The notes: generated from the letters alone by a model not told the origin. A stretch of 64,000 bases of DNA from an uncultured bacterium (GCA_963744715.1 CAVUUR010000006.1:160001-224000), one strand, 5' to 3'; counted from the stretch's first letter, positions 20,350 to 31,593 are shown. A program made the numbers and translations.

Positions 20350-20478
20350 TAGACAATTATTAATAAAAAAGGAAATCATTGCTCTATAACTACCTAAAGT
20401 AATCACATTGCTATAATAAAATGATATACTCTTATTAAAGAGAAGAGTTTGTAGGCATATACTATTATAGGAGATAGT

Positions 20479-20661
20479 ATGAAGTGTAAAAAATGTTCAG
20501 GCCTTATGGTATTACAATCATTTTTTGATCATTTTTTAAATTTTGAGGGTTGGAAATGTTTAAATTGCGGTAAAGTTATTGCAAAAAAAGAAAAAACCCT
20601 TGAATATGATGCTTTTAGTTTATTTTATCAACAACAAAAATGTAAGAATAGAAATAAGTAA
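20479..20661 (+). CDS. Small zinc-ribbon protein
   Basis: CKKC...CLNC, AGGAG RBS, stop overlaps tsaB start (TAATG). Confidence 0.75.
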   Translation: MKCKKCSGLMVLQSFFDHFLNFEGWKCLNCGKVIAKKEKTLEYDAFSLFYQQQKCKNRNK

Positions 20662-21332
20662 TGCTATTTTTTTTGGCAATTCAGTGTACGTATGAAAGCC
20701 TTGAAATAGGTCTCTATCAAGGCACTACTGCACTTGATTATATGGTAGAACCTAAAATAACAGCAAGCAAATACATCATTGTACATATTAATACTATTTT
20801 GACGCGCAATAACATAACCATCAAAGACCTTTCTTTTATAGCGGCAAGTCAAGGACCAGCACCGTTTACTTCTTTACGTGTTGTTTTAGCGACCGTCAAT
20901 GGATTACAGTATGCCACGAACCTGCCCTTAATAGGCATTGACGGCCTTGCAGTATTCATAAATACCTATTATCAACCACCATGTACCCTTGCTTTATTAA
21001 ATGCCTACAATAATGATTGTTATTATGCATTACGTTGTAATGATTCAATAAAAATCGGATGCAAAAATATTGATACATTATTGGAAGAAATGAGGCCTTG
21101 TATACAACAACATGTACAGTATTGCATTGGCAATGCTGCTTTACTATTTGCCCAGAAAATCAAAACAATAAATTCTTCCATTGAAATTCCGGAACATATT
21201 CCCTTATATCCCCCCTTAGATGCGATAGCGCAAACGGCTTTAACACAATATCGGTCAACTACTAATGTACATAAGCAATTATTCCCTCTTTATCTAAAAG
21301 GAATTATGTATACCAAATCAATCAATAGCTAA
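20661..21332 (+). CDS. tsaB: tRNA threonylcarbamoyladenosine biosynthesis protein TsaB
   Basis: GPAPFTSLRVVLATVNGL, PLIGID and terminal PLYLK. Confidence 0.88.
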   Translation: MLFFLAIQCTYESLEIGLYQGTTALDYMVEPKITASKYIIVHINTILTRNNITIKDLSFIAASQGPAPFTSLRVVLATVNGLQYATNLPLIGIDGLAVFINTYYQPPCTLALLNAYNNDCYYALRCNDSIKIGCKNIDTLLEEMRPCIQQHVQYCIGNAALLFAQKIKTINSSIEIPEHIPLYPPLDAIAQTALTQYRSTTNVHKQLFPLYLKGIMYTKSINS

Positions 21333-21356
21333 AAAATAACGTCGGTTATTGTTCAT

Positions 21357-22133
21357 TTATAATAATGATCGCAATAATACCGCAGCACATACTGCTGCTT
21401 GCTGTGCACGTAAAACAGTGGGCGTTAATGTTAGAAATTCTATGTGATACTGACGCAAGATTGTTTTTTCTTGAAACGTTAAATCACCCTCTGGGCCAAT
21501 GATGAAAACAAGATCAGTCGGTTTATTCATTCTTGCTTGTTGTACAAAAGAAAAACAATCAGTTCCTTGAGGATCAAAAAAAATATTTATTTTTTTTTCT
21601 TTTTTTTGTGCACTATGCATTTCAATAAGTTCTTGTAATGATACAGGATTGCGAATAGATGGAAATGAAAAATTTTTAGATTGTTCTGCCGCAGCAATAG
21701 TTACATTGTGCAATCTCATCAATTCCTTATCGCCACCCCACGAGCGTTGTTGTTTTTCCGTATGCAACAATTGTATTTCAGAAACTCCTGCTTCCACTAA
21801 TCCATATACTGCCTCAGTTAACCCTTCCCGTTTCAACATCGGCAATACGCAGGTAATATGCGGTTTATGTACAACATTGTTATGCTGTTCTAAAAGAATT
21901 ACATGGCAAGATTTTTTTTCAGAAGTTTTAACTAATTGCAAAACTCCATATGATTGTTGATCAAAAAGAATAATATGCTCGCCTGCGCTTAAGCGGAGAA
22001 CACGAGTTATACGATGACACAATAATTGATCATCAATAATTATTTCTTGATTAATCATTACTGATGCAACGTACGAAGAAAACTGCGGCCAATATAATGA
22101 AAATTGATGTTTATTATTTGCTAAATCGTTCAT
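21357..22133 (-). CDS. rsmE: 16S rRNA m3U1498 methyltransferase RsmE
   Basis: HRITRVLRL, AAAEQS, IIGPEGDL, VLRAQQA. Confidence 0.9.
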   Translation of the reverse strand: MNDLANNKHQFSLYWPQFSSYVASVMINQEIIIDDQLLCHRITRVLRLSAGEHIILFDQQSYGVLQLVKTSEKKSCHVILLEQHNNVVHKPHITCVLPMLKREGLTEAVYGLVEAGVSEIQLLHTEKQQRSWGGDKELMRLHNVTIAAAEQSKNFSFPSIRNPVSLQELIEMHSAQKKEKKINIFFDPQGTDCFSFVQQARMNKPTDLVFIIGPEGDLTFQEKTILRQYHIEFLTLTPTVLRAQQAAVCAAVLLRSLL

Positions 22134-22818
22134 AGATTCTTGAATATAATACATGTTTTAATTGTTTATATGACTCAGCACAATATTCTCTTAGATCAAT
22201 GTAACGCATTAATAATGCAATACCAACCTGACGAATCATTATTTCTAATCTAGAAAGTTCTTCTGGTTGATAATCTAAATCGGGCAACTCATTAAATAAT
22301 TCTTGATCAAAATTTACTTGAGGATGAGCTTCTTTTTCTGGCATCATAGCAACCAGATTAAACTCCATCAAAAGATCCTGCGGAATAAGAATCCCATGAG
22401 CGTACGTAAGATTTTTTTCAAAGATAACAGTACCAAGTGTTGTTTTCGTTTTTTGTAATTGTATAAAAGGAACATCAACCTCGAGCATTATTTTTTGTTG
22501 ATTTTGTCTATCCACCAATGCTTTAACGAAGTAACAACCGATATCATGAGCGTTAAGACCATCATGCCATAATGATGAAATACTATCCCAAACAACGCGT
22601 CGATACACACATTTAGTTTTCTTAATATACAATACATCTCCATGCAGTAGATGTTTAGCAGAAACTACGCCGATATATTCGTTATGTTCTTGGTCGGATA
22701 AAATCATCAATAGTGAATAATGTTTTTCAAGTATATCAAAAGAAAGTGGCATTGAAATAATAGTGTTCGATGCAATGAACATAGTAATAATGACACACCA
22801 TATTTTCTTTATATCCAT
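22114..22818 (-). CDS. Signal-peptide hypothetical protein
   Basis: MDIKKIWCVIITMFIASNTIIS-MP, with AAGGA upstream. Confidence 0.65.
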   Translation of the reverse strand: MDIKKIWCVIITMFIASNTIISMPLSFDILEKHYSLLMILSDQEHNEYIGVVSAKHLLHGDVLYIKKTKCVYRRVVWDSISSLWHDGLNAHDIGCYFVKALVDRQNQQKIMLEVDVPFIQLQKTKTTLGTVIFEKNLTYAHGILIPQDLLMEFNLVAMMPEKEAHPQVNFDQELFNELPDLDYQPEELSRLEIMIRQVGIALLMRYIDLREYCAESYKQLKHVLYSRIYERFSK

Positions 22819-22910
22819 ATATCCATCCTTTTCCGTTGTATTATTGCAGATATTATAATCATTATGCAATGATAATGTTTAGTATAGCATCTTTTATCAA
22901 AGGATACATT

Positions 22911-24446
22911 ATGCATGGCAATATTTATGCATCACATCCTACACTTCTTATCATTCTTGATGGCTTTGGCTATTCACCGTCTGCTCATTATAACGCAATA
23001 CTGAATGCATATAAACCAACCTTTGATTATTTACTGGAAACCTTTCCTCACACCTTATTAACGGCTTCAGGAACTGCTGTCGGCCTCTTGGACAATCAAC
23101 AAGGAAACTCTGAAGTTGGACATTTAACCATTGGAAGTGGCCGCGTCATTGAACAAAATAGCACACGCATTGAAAAATCCATTGATGATGGCTCATTTTT
23201 TTCTAACAAAATACTCCGCAATAATCTTGATTATCTTCACAAAACAGGCAAAAAACTTCATATAATGGGACTGCTTTCGGATGGTGGCATTCATAGCAAT
23301 ACAAAAACACTGTATGCACTATTAAAGGCCGCACATCAACACCACATAAGCGCAGTTGTTATTCATGCATTTTTGGATGGGCGCGATGTTCCTCCCCAAT
23401 CCGCGACTCGTTACCTAGAACAATTAGATAAAGAATGTACCCAGTACCATAATGTACACCTAGGAACTATTCACGGGCGTTTTTATGCAATGGATCGAGA
23501 TGATAATTGGCTACGAACAGAACAAACGTATCGTGTTATTACAGAAAAACAAACTATTACTTTTGCTCACTGGCGTGACGCATTAACTTATTATTATCAT
23601 GAACACATTACTGACGAATTTATTCCACCAACACAATTAGATAGTAAAGGCATAGTGCAGGAAGGTGATGCTGTTATTTTTTTTAATTATAGGGCAGATA
23701 GAACGAGACAATTAACCGATAGTTTTGTTGATCCTCATTTTCAACATTTTCAAAGAAAAAAAATTGCATTGGCACGGTTCATAACCTTAACCGATTATGA
23801 TCTACATTCAACATCAATCGATATTGCATTTCCTTCTATGCCCGTTGCTAATACGTTAAAAGATGTATTAGCTCATGCAGGAAAAACTATTTTTTCAATA
23901 GCGGAAACAGAGAAATATATTCCCATAACCTATTTTTTTAACGGTTATAAAAATTCACCCATTGCCCATGAAACCTGCATATTGATACCATCGTTACCAC
24001 GCAGTACGTATGTACAATTTCCTTGCATGTCCGCTCAAAAAATAACGGAAACGGTTGCCCATTCTCTGCGTACTCAACCGTCTGATTTTTATCTTATTAA
24101 TTATGCAAATGCTGATATGGTGGGCCATTCAGGAAATTTTAACGCAACCGTAAAAGCAATTGAATGTCTTGATAAACAACTACAAATACTCGTTCAAGCA
24201 GTACGGCAATGCAATGGTACGTTATACATAACCGCTGATCATGGCAATGCGGAAGATAAATATGATCCTATCACACGAGGGCCAAAAACGTCGCATACTA
24301 GCAACCCCGTTTATTTTATTATGATGAACAATGATACTGCTCACAAAAAAATCTCATTACCATTAAAAGGATTAGCCGACATTGCTCCTTTTATTTTAAA
24401 AAATATGCACCTTGCAATACCACCTGAAATGAATCACGTACCATAA
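22911..24446 (+). CDS. gpmI: 2,3-bisphosphoglycerate-independent phosphoglycerate mutase
   Basis: LIILDGFG, GNSEVGH, GRFYAMDRD, NADMVGH, TADHGNAE. Confidence 0.97.
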   Translation: MHGNIYASHPTLLIILDGFGYSPSAHYNAILNAYKPTFDYLLETFPHTLLTASGTAVGLLDNQQGNSEVGHLTIGSGRVIEQNSTRIEKSIDDGSFFSNKILRNNLDYLHKTGKKLHIMGLLSDGGIHSNTKTLYALLKAAHQHHISAVVIHAFLDGRDVPPQSATRYLEQLDKECTQYHNVHLGTIHGRFYAMDRDDNWLRTEQTYRVITEKQTITFAHWRDALTYYYHEHITDEFIPPTQLDSKGIVQEGDAVIFFNYRADRTRQLTDSFVDPHFQHFQRKKIALARFITLTDYDLHSTSIDIAFPSMPVANTLKDVLAHAGKTIFSIAETEKYIPITYFFNGYKNSPIAHETCILIPSLPRSTYVQFPCMSAQKITETVAHSLRTQPSDFYLINYANADMVGHSGNFNATVKAIECLDKQLQILVQAVRQCNGTLYITADHGNAEDKYDPITRGPKTSHTSNPVYFIMMNNDTAHKKISLPLKGLADIAPFILKNMHLAIPPEMNHVP

Positions 24447-24485
24447 TTTTCATAGTTCAAAAAAAAGCTCGGGGGGGAAATGGGT

Positions 24486-25772
24486 ATGAAAAAAATATTT
24501 TACATATTATATGTAATCGGTAATTATTCTTTATGTATGGATTATAATGATCAAACTATTCCTTCTTTGCGCACACTAGCAGCACAGATGTATACCACGC
24601 ATAATAATAACCCCTATGAATTTAGCAAAAAAAAGATACCTGACGATTGTCAAAATCTGCTAGCTCAAGCATGGTGTAATAATAATCCGGAAAAAGTTCC
24701 TCACTACGTATATCAATGCAATACCTTATCTGAGCAGGCATCTAAACAAACTATACTATGGGGGGATTGTGATACTCTTTTGATGGCTGATAACAATAAT
24801 TTTACTATTTTTGATATTTGCTCCGACACGGTAATTAAAAAAATTCCTCTTGATCAAGGATTTCACAATAACTACGCACAACTATCAACCACTATGATTG
24901 CCACTGCTCACAAAGACAATAAAATAATAAAACTCTATGATATAAAACATGATACCGAATCTCTCAATGCATATAACCATAGTTTTTCTCTTGTTCCGTT
25001 ATTTCTTGATGAAAAAAACATCATGTTAACTGAATATAACTTTCCCAATATTGCATATTTTTGCTATCAACTTGAACCATGGCAAGAAAAATATGTTATT
25101 GATACGCAAACTTTCGTAAAAAATACTTGTTGCGCCGTAGGGATAGCGAATAATACCTTTATTGTTAATAATCCCCCTCTTGGCATTCATATATTTGATC
25201 TGAACGACGGGCGACTACAAGAAATATTGCCAGAAAGCAGCCGAATAAAATCGGCACTACTTTCAGGAGATAAAACAATAGTTGGTGGCTACCAAACACA
25301 AGAAGGTTCATTAGATGCTCTTACGTTATGGAACCTCGTAACTAAAAAAAAATCCGTGGCTCATTATCTGCAATCGCCATTTTTTCTTACCGATAATAAA
25401 GTTTTTTATTACACCAATAATGAGGTATTAGATTTGCAGAAAAATGTGTTCTATAAACCTTATTACATCGCATCAAAAAAGATCAAAGACAAACTTTTTA
25501 TTCCTCAAAAAGTTTGTAATGCTCATAATATTATGCTTCTTACTACCAATAATGTATCACCAGAATTTTTTGTAACTAACAACAACGAACCATCAACGTT
25601 ACATGAACTGCTTGGCGCATTAGATGTTGCATCATTACTGGAACAAACAACTACCCTAACGACTGCGCAACAACGAATTAATGAACTAGAGGAACAACTA
25701 CAAAATTTGCCTCATGATAGTGATAAAAAATCTATCGCACAAATATTGCATTCATTAACAGATAATTATTAA
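24486..25772 (+). CDS. Secreted beta-propeller-like protein with N-terminal BC-box/SOCS-box-like segment
   Basis: Signal peptide then MD, IPSLRTLAAQ...IPDDCQNLL, degenerate WD-like repeat ends (IKLYDI, IHIFDL, LTLWNL). Confidence 0.65.
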   Translation: MKKIFYILYVIGNYSLCMDYNDQTIPSLRTLAAQMYTTHNNNPYEFSKKKIPDDCQNLLAQAWCNNNPEKVPHYVYQCNTLSEQASKQTILWGDCDTLLMADNNNFTIFDICSDTVIKKIPLDQGFHNNYAQLSTTMIATAHKDNKIIKLYDIKHDTESLNAYNHSFSLVPLFLDEKNIMLTEYNFPNIAYFCYQLEPWQEKYVIDTQTFVKNTCCAVGIANNTFIVNNPPLGIHIFDLNDGRLQEILPESSRIKSALLSGDKTIVGGYQTQEGSLDALTLWNLVTKKKSVAHYLQSPFFLTDNKVFYYTNNEVLDLQKNVFYKPYYIASKKIKDKLFIPQKVCNAHNIMLLTTNNVSPEFFVTNNNEPSTLHELLGALDVASLLEQTTTLTTAQQRINELEEQLQNLPHDSDKKSIAQILHSLTDNY

Positions 25773-27429
25773 TTAAGATACACTATTATAATCCTCAATA
25801 GATAGTTCATTATCCCTTTTAGGGTTATATTCACCATTCGATACTTCTTTGAATGTACTATCAATAGAAACAATTGCTTCAAGCATTTCTATTATTTTGG
25901 GTAAATCATACTTTGCTTGGGATAAACCATAATACGTTGCTATGGATAACGCATCCCTTCCTTGATTATCCGTCAAAGCTGTTTTAATACTAGAGCCATA
26001 TAAAAACAAGACTCTGAACATTGTAAGCGCATTGGCAATTCTCTTCTCTCTGTCTTTCTTCTTACCCATATACTCGATTAGCGTAATTAATGGCGTAGCA
26101 TTATCAATAGCTCTTTGCACATTACGATCCGCGCCACGATTAAGTGCTTTTTTAAACTCACTAACGTTATTATTTTGTATCGCGTCAAAAAGGTTTCCAT
26201 TTAGTATTTTTTGTTCAATACCAGCTCTTGTTTTCAAATCATCTAAAAATTGCTGACTATCTTCTGATGAATCGGGTGATGTTGCATGATTACGACATAA
26301 AAATTCTATTTGCTTTTGCAGCGTAACTGGTTGAGAAATAATTTTTTTTCCTTCCTCCCGCTCCTCTAGCGATGCCAGAAGAGTTGCCATCCCATTATCC
26401 GATATTTTATTCTCACTTTGATACATCTTTTCCATCTCCAGCAGCAACGAATCGGGTCTCGGGAAACTTTCTAATAGCATTACTAGTCGGATTCATTTCC
26501 CCTCCAATCTTTGCTATCATATCTTCTTCTATTTTTGATAAATTATAATACTGAGCTATAGATAACGCATTCTTACCCTGATTATCCGTCAAATGTATGT
26601 CAATATTGGATCCGGGTGCGAGCAAGGCATTAAACATTTCAACCGCCTTGTTAATTTTTGTCTCACTTCCTTGATGAGTACTCATATACTCGATCAGTTC
26701 AATTAATGGCGTTTTTCCATCTTTATCTCTTTGTACATTACGATCTGCGCCACCATTAAGTGCCTTTTGAAAATCATCAATATTATTATTTTCTATTGCT
26801 TTAAAAAGATTTTTATTCACTGCTATTTGCTCAACAAGGATTTTACCTTTCAAAGCATCAAAAAATCCCTGCTCACATTTTTTGGGCATATCATTTGTTG
26901 GTTTTTCATATTGCTCGCGTAAGCGGTCTATTTGTTCCACGAGGGTAACTGGTTGAGAAATAGTTTTTTTTCTTTTTTCCCGTTCTCGGAGTAATAACAC
27001 AAGAACTTTTAAACCATCATCTGATATTTTACTTTTTTCTCTATACAATTTATCAAGATTTTCCATTGCTAACATCAGCGGATTAGTATTAGTAGGAAGA
27101 ATATCGCAAGACTTACTCATGCCACCACTTTTTAATACTTTTTTTATCTTACTCGGATTCTTATTGCCTTTAATCGCATCATTAAGAGCATCTAGTCTTT
27201 CTTGAGCATTATCGCCAATTGGATTTTTATAATTCGGTGTCGACGCGCTTCTTCCATATGCTTTGGGATTAGTATCTTCAATATTTTCTTGCCTCGTTTT
27301 TCTTCCAAAAAGACTACTTCTAGATTTAGCTCTTGCTATTTTTTCCTTCGACGAATTTTTGTAATCCATGCATAAACTGAACTGAAAAAGAAATAGCAAA
27401 CACCCTAACGTTTTTACGCTACCAATCAT
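25773..27429 (-). CDS. Secreted ankyrin-repeat protein with a duplicated unit of about 205 aa, one frameshift near 26450-26480
   Basis: Both ORFs share ISQPVTL, NLFxAIxNNN, GADRNVQR, TPLIxLIEYM and LTDNQG. The DNA repeat offset is 616 nt, not a multiple of 3. Confidence 0.8.
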
Positions 27430-27530
27430 AGCAAACCCCTTTACCGCAAAAAATATCAGTAATTTGTAAAAAATACAAAAATCAAATGTCCCGACATTTT
27501 AGGGTAAAAAAGCGTAAAAAGCAATAGTAT

Positions 27531-28109
27531 TTATTTAATTTGATATTCAAAATCAACGAAGCCATCGTCTCGTTTTATTTCTTTAAAGCCTGCCCGTGTA
27601 TACACTTTCATAGCCGGATAATTAGTGGTTCGTGTAACTAAGGTAATTTTTGTGCATCCTTGTGCAATTAAATCATTCATAGCATATTTAAACAATTGAT
27701 ATCCGTAACCTTTTGATCTGTATTGATCAAGGACTCCCAAAAACAAAATGCGTCCTTCATAAAATTTCTTTTTATAATAGCTAACAAATCCAGCAGGAGA
27801 TCTACCTTGATATAAAACTTTAATGGTCATAGCTCCTTTTTGCTGAAAATCTCTTGAAGTTCTATTATGCAACATGTGCGTAACATAATCTGGTGCAAAG
27901 GTAGGTGAAACGCCGGCAATTAACCACTCCCAATTGTGTTTAAAAATATCAAGAACAAAAGGAGTATCTCTACGATCATTAAAATCATAAATCCCTACTT
28001 TTTGATACAGGTTATAATAAACACCAAAGCCAGCTGCGATGCATACGCTTGAAAAAATAAGCGCTAAACTTAATTTTTTAGTTAAAAAATTTATTCTTTT
28101 TTTTATCAT
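27531..28109 (-). CDS. GNAT-family acetyltransferase with N-terminal membrane anchor
   Basis: LGVLDQYRSKGYG acetyl-CoA motif and NYPAMKVYTRAGF. Confidence 0.88.
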   Translation of the reverse strand: MIKKRINFLTKKLSLALIFSSVCIAAGFGVYYNLYQKVGIYDFNDRRDTPFVLDIFKHNWEWLIAGVSPTFAPDYVTHMLHNRTSRDFQQKGAMTIKVLYQGRSPAGFVSYYKKKFYEGRILFLGVLDQYRSKGYGYQLFKYAMNDLIAQGCTKITLVTRTTNYPAMKVYTRAGFKEIKRDDGFVDFEYQIK

Positions 28110-28212
28110 GAAAACCCTATAATTTTGGAAGCAAAAATTTTTTAAAATAATATCGGAAAAAACTACTTTTTAGTTTTTCAAGTATTATTCATTTTTAGCA
28201 ATAATTGCATAG

Positions 28213-28974
28213 TTACATTTCACTCTTACAGTTATTATATATAATTTTAGCAAGCATTAATCCTTGTGCCGGTGCATTAGGTAAAGAATGTTCAGGATTT
28301 TTTGCTTCTAAAATAGTGCGCACGTAATCGATTGATAATGAACGTCGCGAAGCAACTTCAACTGATGCTCCAACAATGCGTCTGATCATGTAACGCAAAA
28401 AACCTGGCCCTTGTACTTCAATGCGGCATGCATTAAATCGTTTAAAAAAATGTATAGTGATAGCATCAATGCGCCGAGTGGTGGTTATTTGCTCGTCACC
28501 GGTACAAAAAGATCGAAAATCATGTTCTCCCACAAATATTTGTAATGCTTCATATAGTTTTTTGTCATCACATGGTCGTTGTAGTGCATATCCATAACGC
28601 GCTAAAAATGGTAATGGCCTTTGATTAAAAATATGATACCAATATATTTTTTGTTTAACGGCGCGTTGTGGATGAAATGTTTCATCACTACTGCATAATG
28701 ATCTAATGACGATATCTCCCGGCAATGCATTATTCCATGCACGCATCATAGTAGCAGGATCAAGATGTAAATCAGTAATAACTAAAGCAACTTGCCCCAA
28801 TGCATGTACGCCGGCATCAGTACGCGAAGCGCCAATAATTTTTACTGGCTTGCTAAAAACATGCAAAAACGTAGATTCTAAAATATTAGCAACAGCTACC
28901 GCATGTGGTTGTACTTGCCAACCAGCATAACGAGTGCCGTCATACGCAACGAGTAACTTATAATAAAAAGGCAT
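28213..28974 (-). CDS. truA: tRNA pseudouridine(38-40) synthase
   Basis: YDGTRYAGWQ, SRTDAGVHA, GEHDFRSF, FLRYMIRRIVG, APAQGL. Confidence 0.97.
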   Translation of the reverse strand: MPFYYKLLVAYDGTRYAGWQVQPHAVAVANILESTFLHVFSKPVKIIGASRTDAGVHALGQVALVITDLHLDPATMMRAWNNALPGDIVIRSLCSSDETFHPQRAVKQKIYWYHIFNQRPLPFLARYGYALQRPCDDKKLYEALQIFVGEHDFRSFCTGDEQITTTRRIDAITIHFFKRFNACRIEVQGPGFLRYMIRRIVGASVEVASRRSLSIDYVRTILEAKNPEHSLPNAPAQGLMLAKIIYNNCKSEM

Positions 28975-28985
28975 AGATAAAAAAC

Positions 28986-30784
28986 TTATTTACGCAGCGA
29001 TGAACGTAAGACTTTTTTACGCAAACGGATATGATGCGGAGTAACTTCAATAAGTTCATCAGGTTGAATCCATTCCATACAACGTTTCAAGTTCCATAAT
29101 ACGTGGTGGTTCTAATTTAATAGATCATCAGTACCTGATGCACGCATATTAGTTAACTTTTTTTCTTTACATGGATTAACATCCATATCATCTTCACGGC
29201 TATTTTCACCAATAATCATACCTTCATAAATCTTGTCGCCGGGTTCAACAAAAAGAATTCCACGTTCTTGAAGATTATCTAAAGCATAAGCTGTAGCAGT
29301 GCCATTTTCCATAGAAACAAGGCACCCTTAGTACGCATAGTGATATCGCCTTTATATGGTTGATACCCATAAAAATTAAAGTTGAAAATACCGGTTCCAC
29401 GAGTATCGGTTAAAAATTGGCTTCTAAAACCAAATAAGTCCTCGTGAAGGAATTTGAAATTCCATACGAATTCGTCCATTGGCATAGAGGAACTAAATTT
29501 TTCATTTCAGCTTTTTTCGTCCCAATCGTTCCATAACAATTCCTTGATATTCTTCATGAATATCAATAACCAAATATTCAATTGGTTCACATTTAACACC
29601 ATCAATCGTTTTATAAATAACTTCAGGTGCTGAAACTTGAAATTCAAATCCTTCACGACGCATATTTTCAAATAAAATACCTAAATGTAGTTGACCTCTT
29701 CCAGAAACTTTAAACATTTCAGGGGAATCAGTAGGCTCAACTCGTAATGCGACGTTTGTTTTTAATTCTTTTTCTAAACGATCTTTAATTTGTCGTGACG
29801 TTAATAACGATCCTTCTTGACCATTAAAAGGAGAATCGTTCACCGATACATATATCGACATGGTCGGTTCATCGATAGCAACATACGGATAGTGGTAATG
29901 GATTGATCAACCTCACAAATGGTAGTACCAATAGTAACCGGCTCATAAAACCAGTAACGGCAACAATATCACCATAACGAACTGTCTTTGCCTCTCTATT
30001 TTCTCAAGGCCCATGAAGTATATAATTTGGTAACTTTAAATGGTCGGCTTACCTTTGATCATCTTTAGCACAAACCACATGCTTGACCAACACTTAAAGA
30101 ACCACTAAACATTCTTCCAATGGCAATGGTGCCAAGAAAATCAGAATAATCTAAGTTAGTCATTAAAATCTGTAAATGATCCGCCGTGGTGTCGGAGCAG
30201 GAATATACTTTATAATTGCTTCAAAAAGTGGTTTCATATCACCAGTTTTTGCATTAGGATCATGTGCTAACAAAACCAAGCTTTGAAGAACCATATAAAA
30301 TAGGAAAATCAAGCTGATTATCATTGTGTTGCAAGATCTAAAAAAAGATCATGAATTGATGATTCAGTTCGTGCAATATCAGCATCCGGTCGATCAATTT
30401 TATTAATAAGAACAATTGGTCTTAAATTAAGCTCAAGCGCTTTGCGTAACACAAAACGTGTTCCAGGCAAAACACCTTCAGCCGCATCGACTAATAGTAA
30501 AAATCCTTCTACCATTTGCAAGGTACGTTCCACTTCACCACCAAAATCAGTGTGACCAGGAGTATCGACAATATTAATATTATAACCATTATAAGAAATA
30601 CCGGTATTTTTTGCTAAAATCGTAATTCCACGTTCTTTTTCTAGATCATTTGAGTCCATTACACGTTCAGTATCAGTAGCATATGATGCGTACCAGATTG
30701 GCGCAATAATTTATCAACCAGGGTTGTTTTTCCATGGTCAACGTGGGCAATAATAGCAATATTTCTTATATTTGGCTGTTCCAT
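28986..30784 (-). pseudogene. typA: Translational GTPase TypA/BipA fragmented by more than 10 indels (probable sequence errors)
   Basis: [69 protein letters not shown] and EVTPHHIRLRK, spread over many frames. Confidence 0.9.
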
Positions 30785-30867
30785 TGTCTCTATTTTCGTT
30801 ATCTGCAAAATCAAAGGGTCATTAATATAAAATACTTATTCTTATTGTAAATAATTTTTTACAAAAT

Positions 30868-30905
30868 GTCTAAGGGTAAAAAATAGCCGTTTTTTACCCT
30901 TAGAC
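30868..30905. terminator. 16-bp perfect hairpin between the 30931-31593 gene and typA
   Basis: gtctaagggtaaaaaa-tagccg-ttttttacccttagac. Confidence 0.6.
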
Positions 30906-30930
30906 CCTTAAAATTTTTAAAAAATCGTCT

Positions 30931-31593
30931 TTATGACTCGCCGAGTAAACTATTACTTCTTTTACAGCCTTGATTTGATCCCATTTGCATAAGGGCTGTT
31001 TTTGCATTATCTGTTATCACAGACTCTACAACACTAACTTTATTCCAATCAGTTGTGACGGCTTTGCATCGATTTGAAAATTTTGTATCAACTTTCGGAG
31101 AAGATGTGCCACAATTTTTTTTAGGCGTTGTGAACAGTTCTTTATTGGCGCAGACTATACCACATAATTTTTCTAGTGTTTCAGTAGCTATTTTTTCTTT
31201 TTCCGCTTCGCTAACATTTAAAGCTCTATAAGAAGTTACTAATTCTTTAGCAATATCTAACGATAAGCTCTTTAATTTTTTGTTTTGATCTTTCTTAATT
31301 TTTAATTCATCCGTCATTTTTGCAACATACTTCGCAACTCTTTTTTCGCGCTCCTTGATTTCTTCCCTCAGCATAGCATTTTCTTGCGTAATTTTTTCCA
31401 ATTGACCTTTTAGTTGATTTTCCGTTTTGCTACTAGGAAACCAAAGAACGATATTTGGATTAACACTACTTGGATTATCCAACGCAGTCTTAACAAACGT
31501 GCTCCAACCTAAAGTGGATTCTGCTGTCCCGTTTGTCTTTATACTTTGCGCAGAAAAAAGAGTTAACGTTAATAAAAAAATTTGTTGTTTCAT
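30931..31593 (-). CDS. Signal-peptide coiled-coil hypothetical protein
   Basis: MKQQIFLLTLTLFSAQS followed by a long K/E-rich heptad region. Confidence 0.7.
   Translation of the reverse strand: MKQQIFLLTLTLFSAQSIKTNGTAESTLGWSTFVKTALDNPSSVNPNIVLWFPSSKTENQLKGQLEKITQENAMLREEIKEREKRVAKYVAKMTDELKIKKDQNKKLKSLSLDIAKELVTSYRALNVSEAEKEKIATETLEKLCGIVCANKELFTTPKKNCGTSSPKVDTKFSNRCKAVTTDWNKVSVVESVITDNAKTALMQMGSNQGCKRSNSLLGES

Noticed and set aside
25640..25772. C-terminal coiled coil of the 24486 protein as another copy of the 22-aa tag
   Set aside because: The heptad is generic and lacks the L..LN..LR.L register and Q/P linker.
28986..30784. Programmed frameshifting, RNA editing or an alternative genetic code explaining the typA stops
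   Set aside because: Stops arise from frame changes, not in-frame reassigned codons; other genes read normally and no consistent slippery motif is seen.
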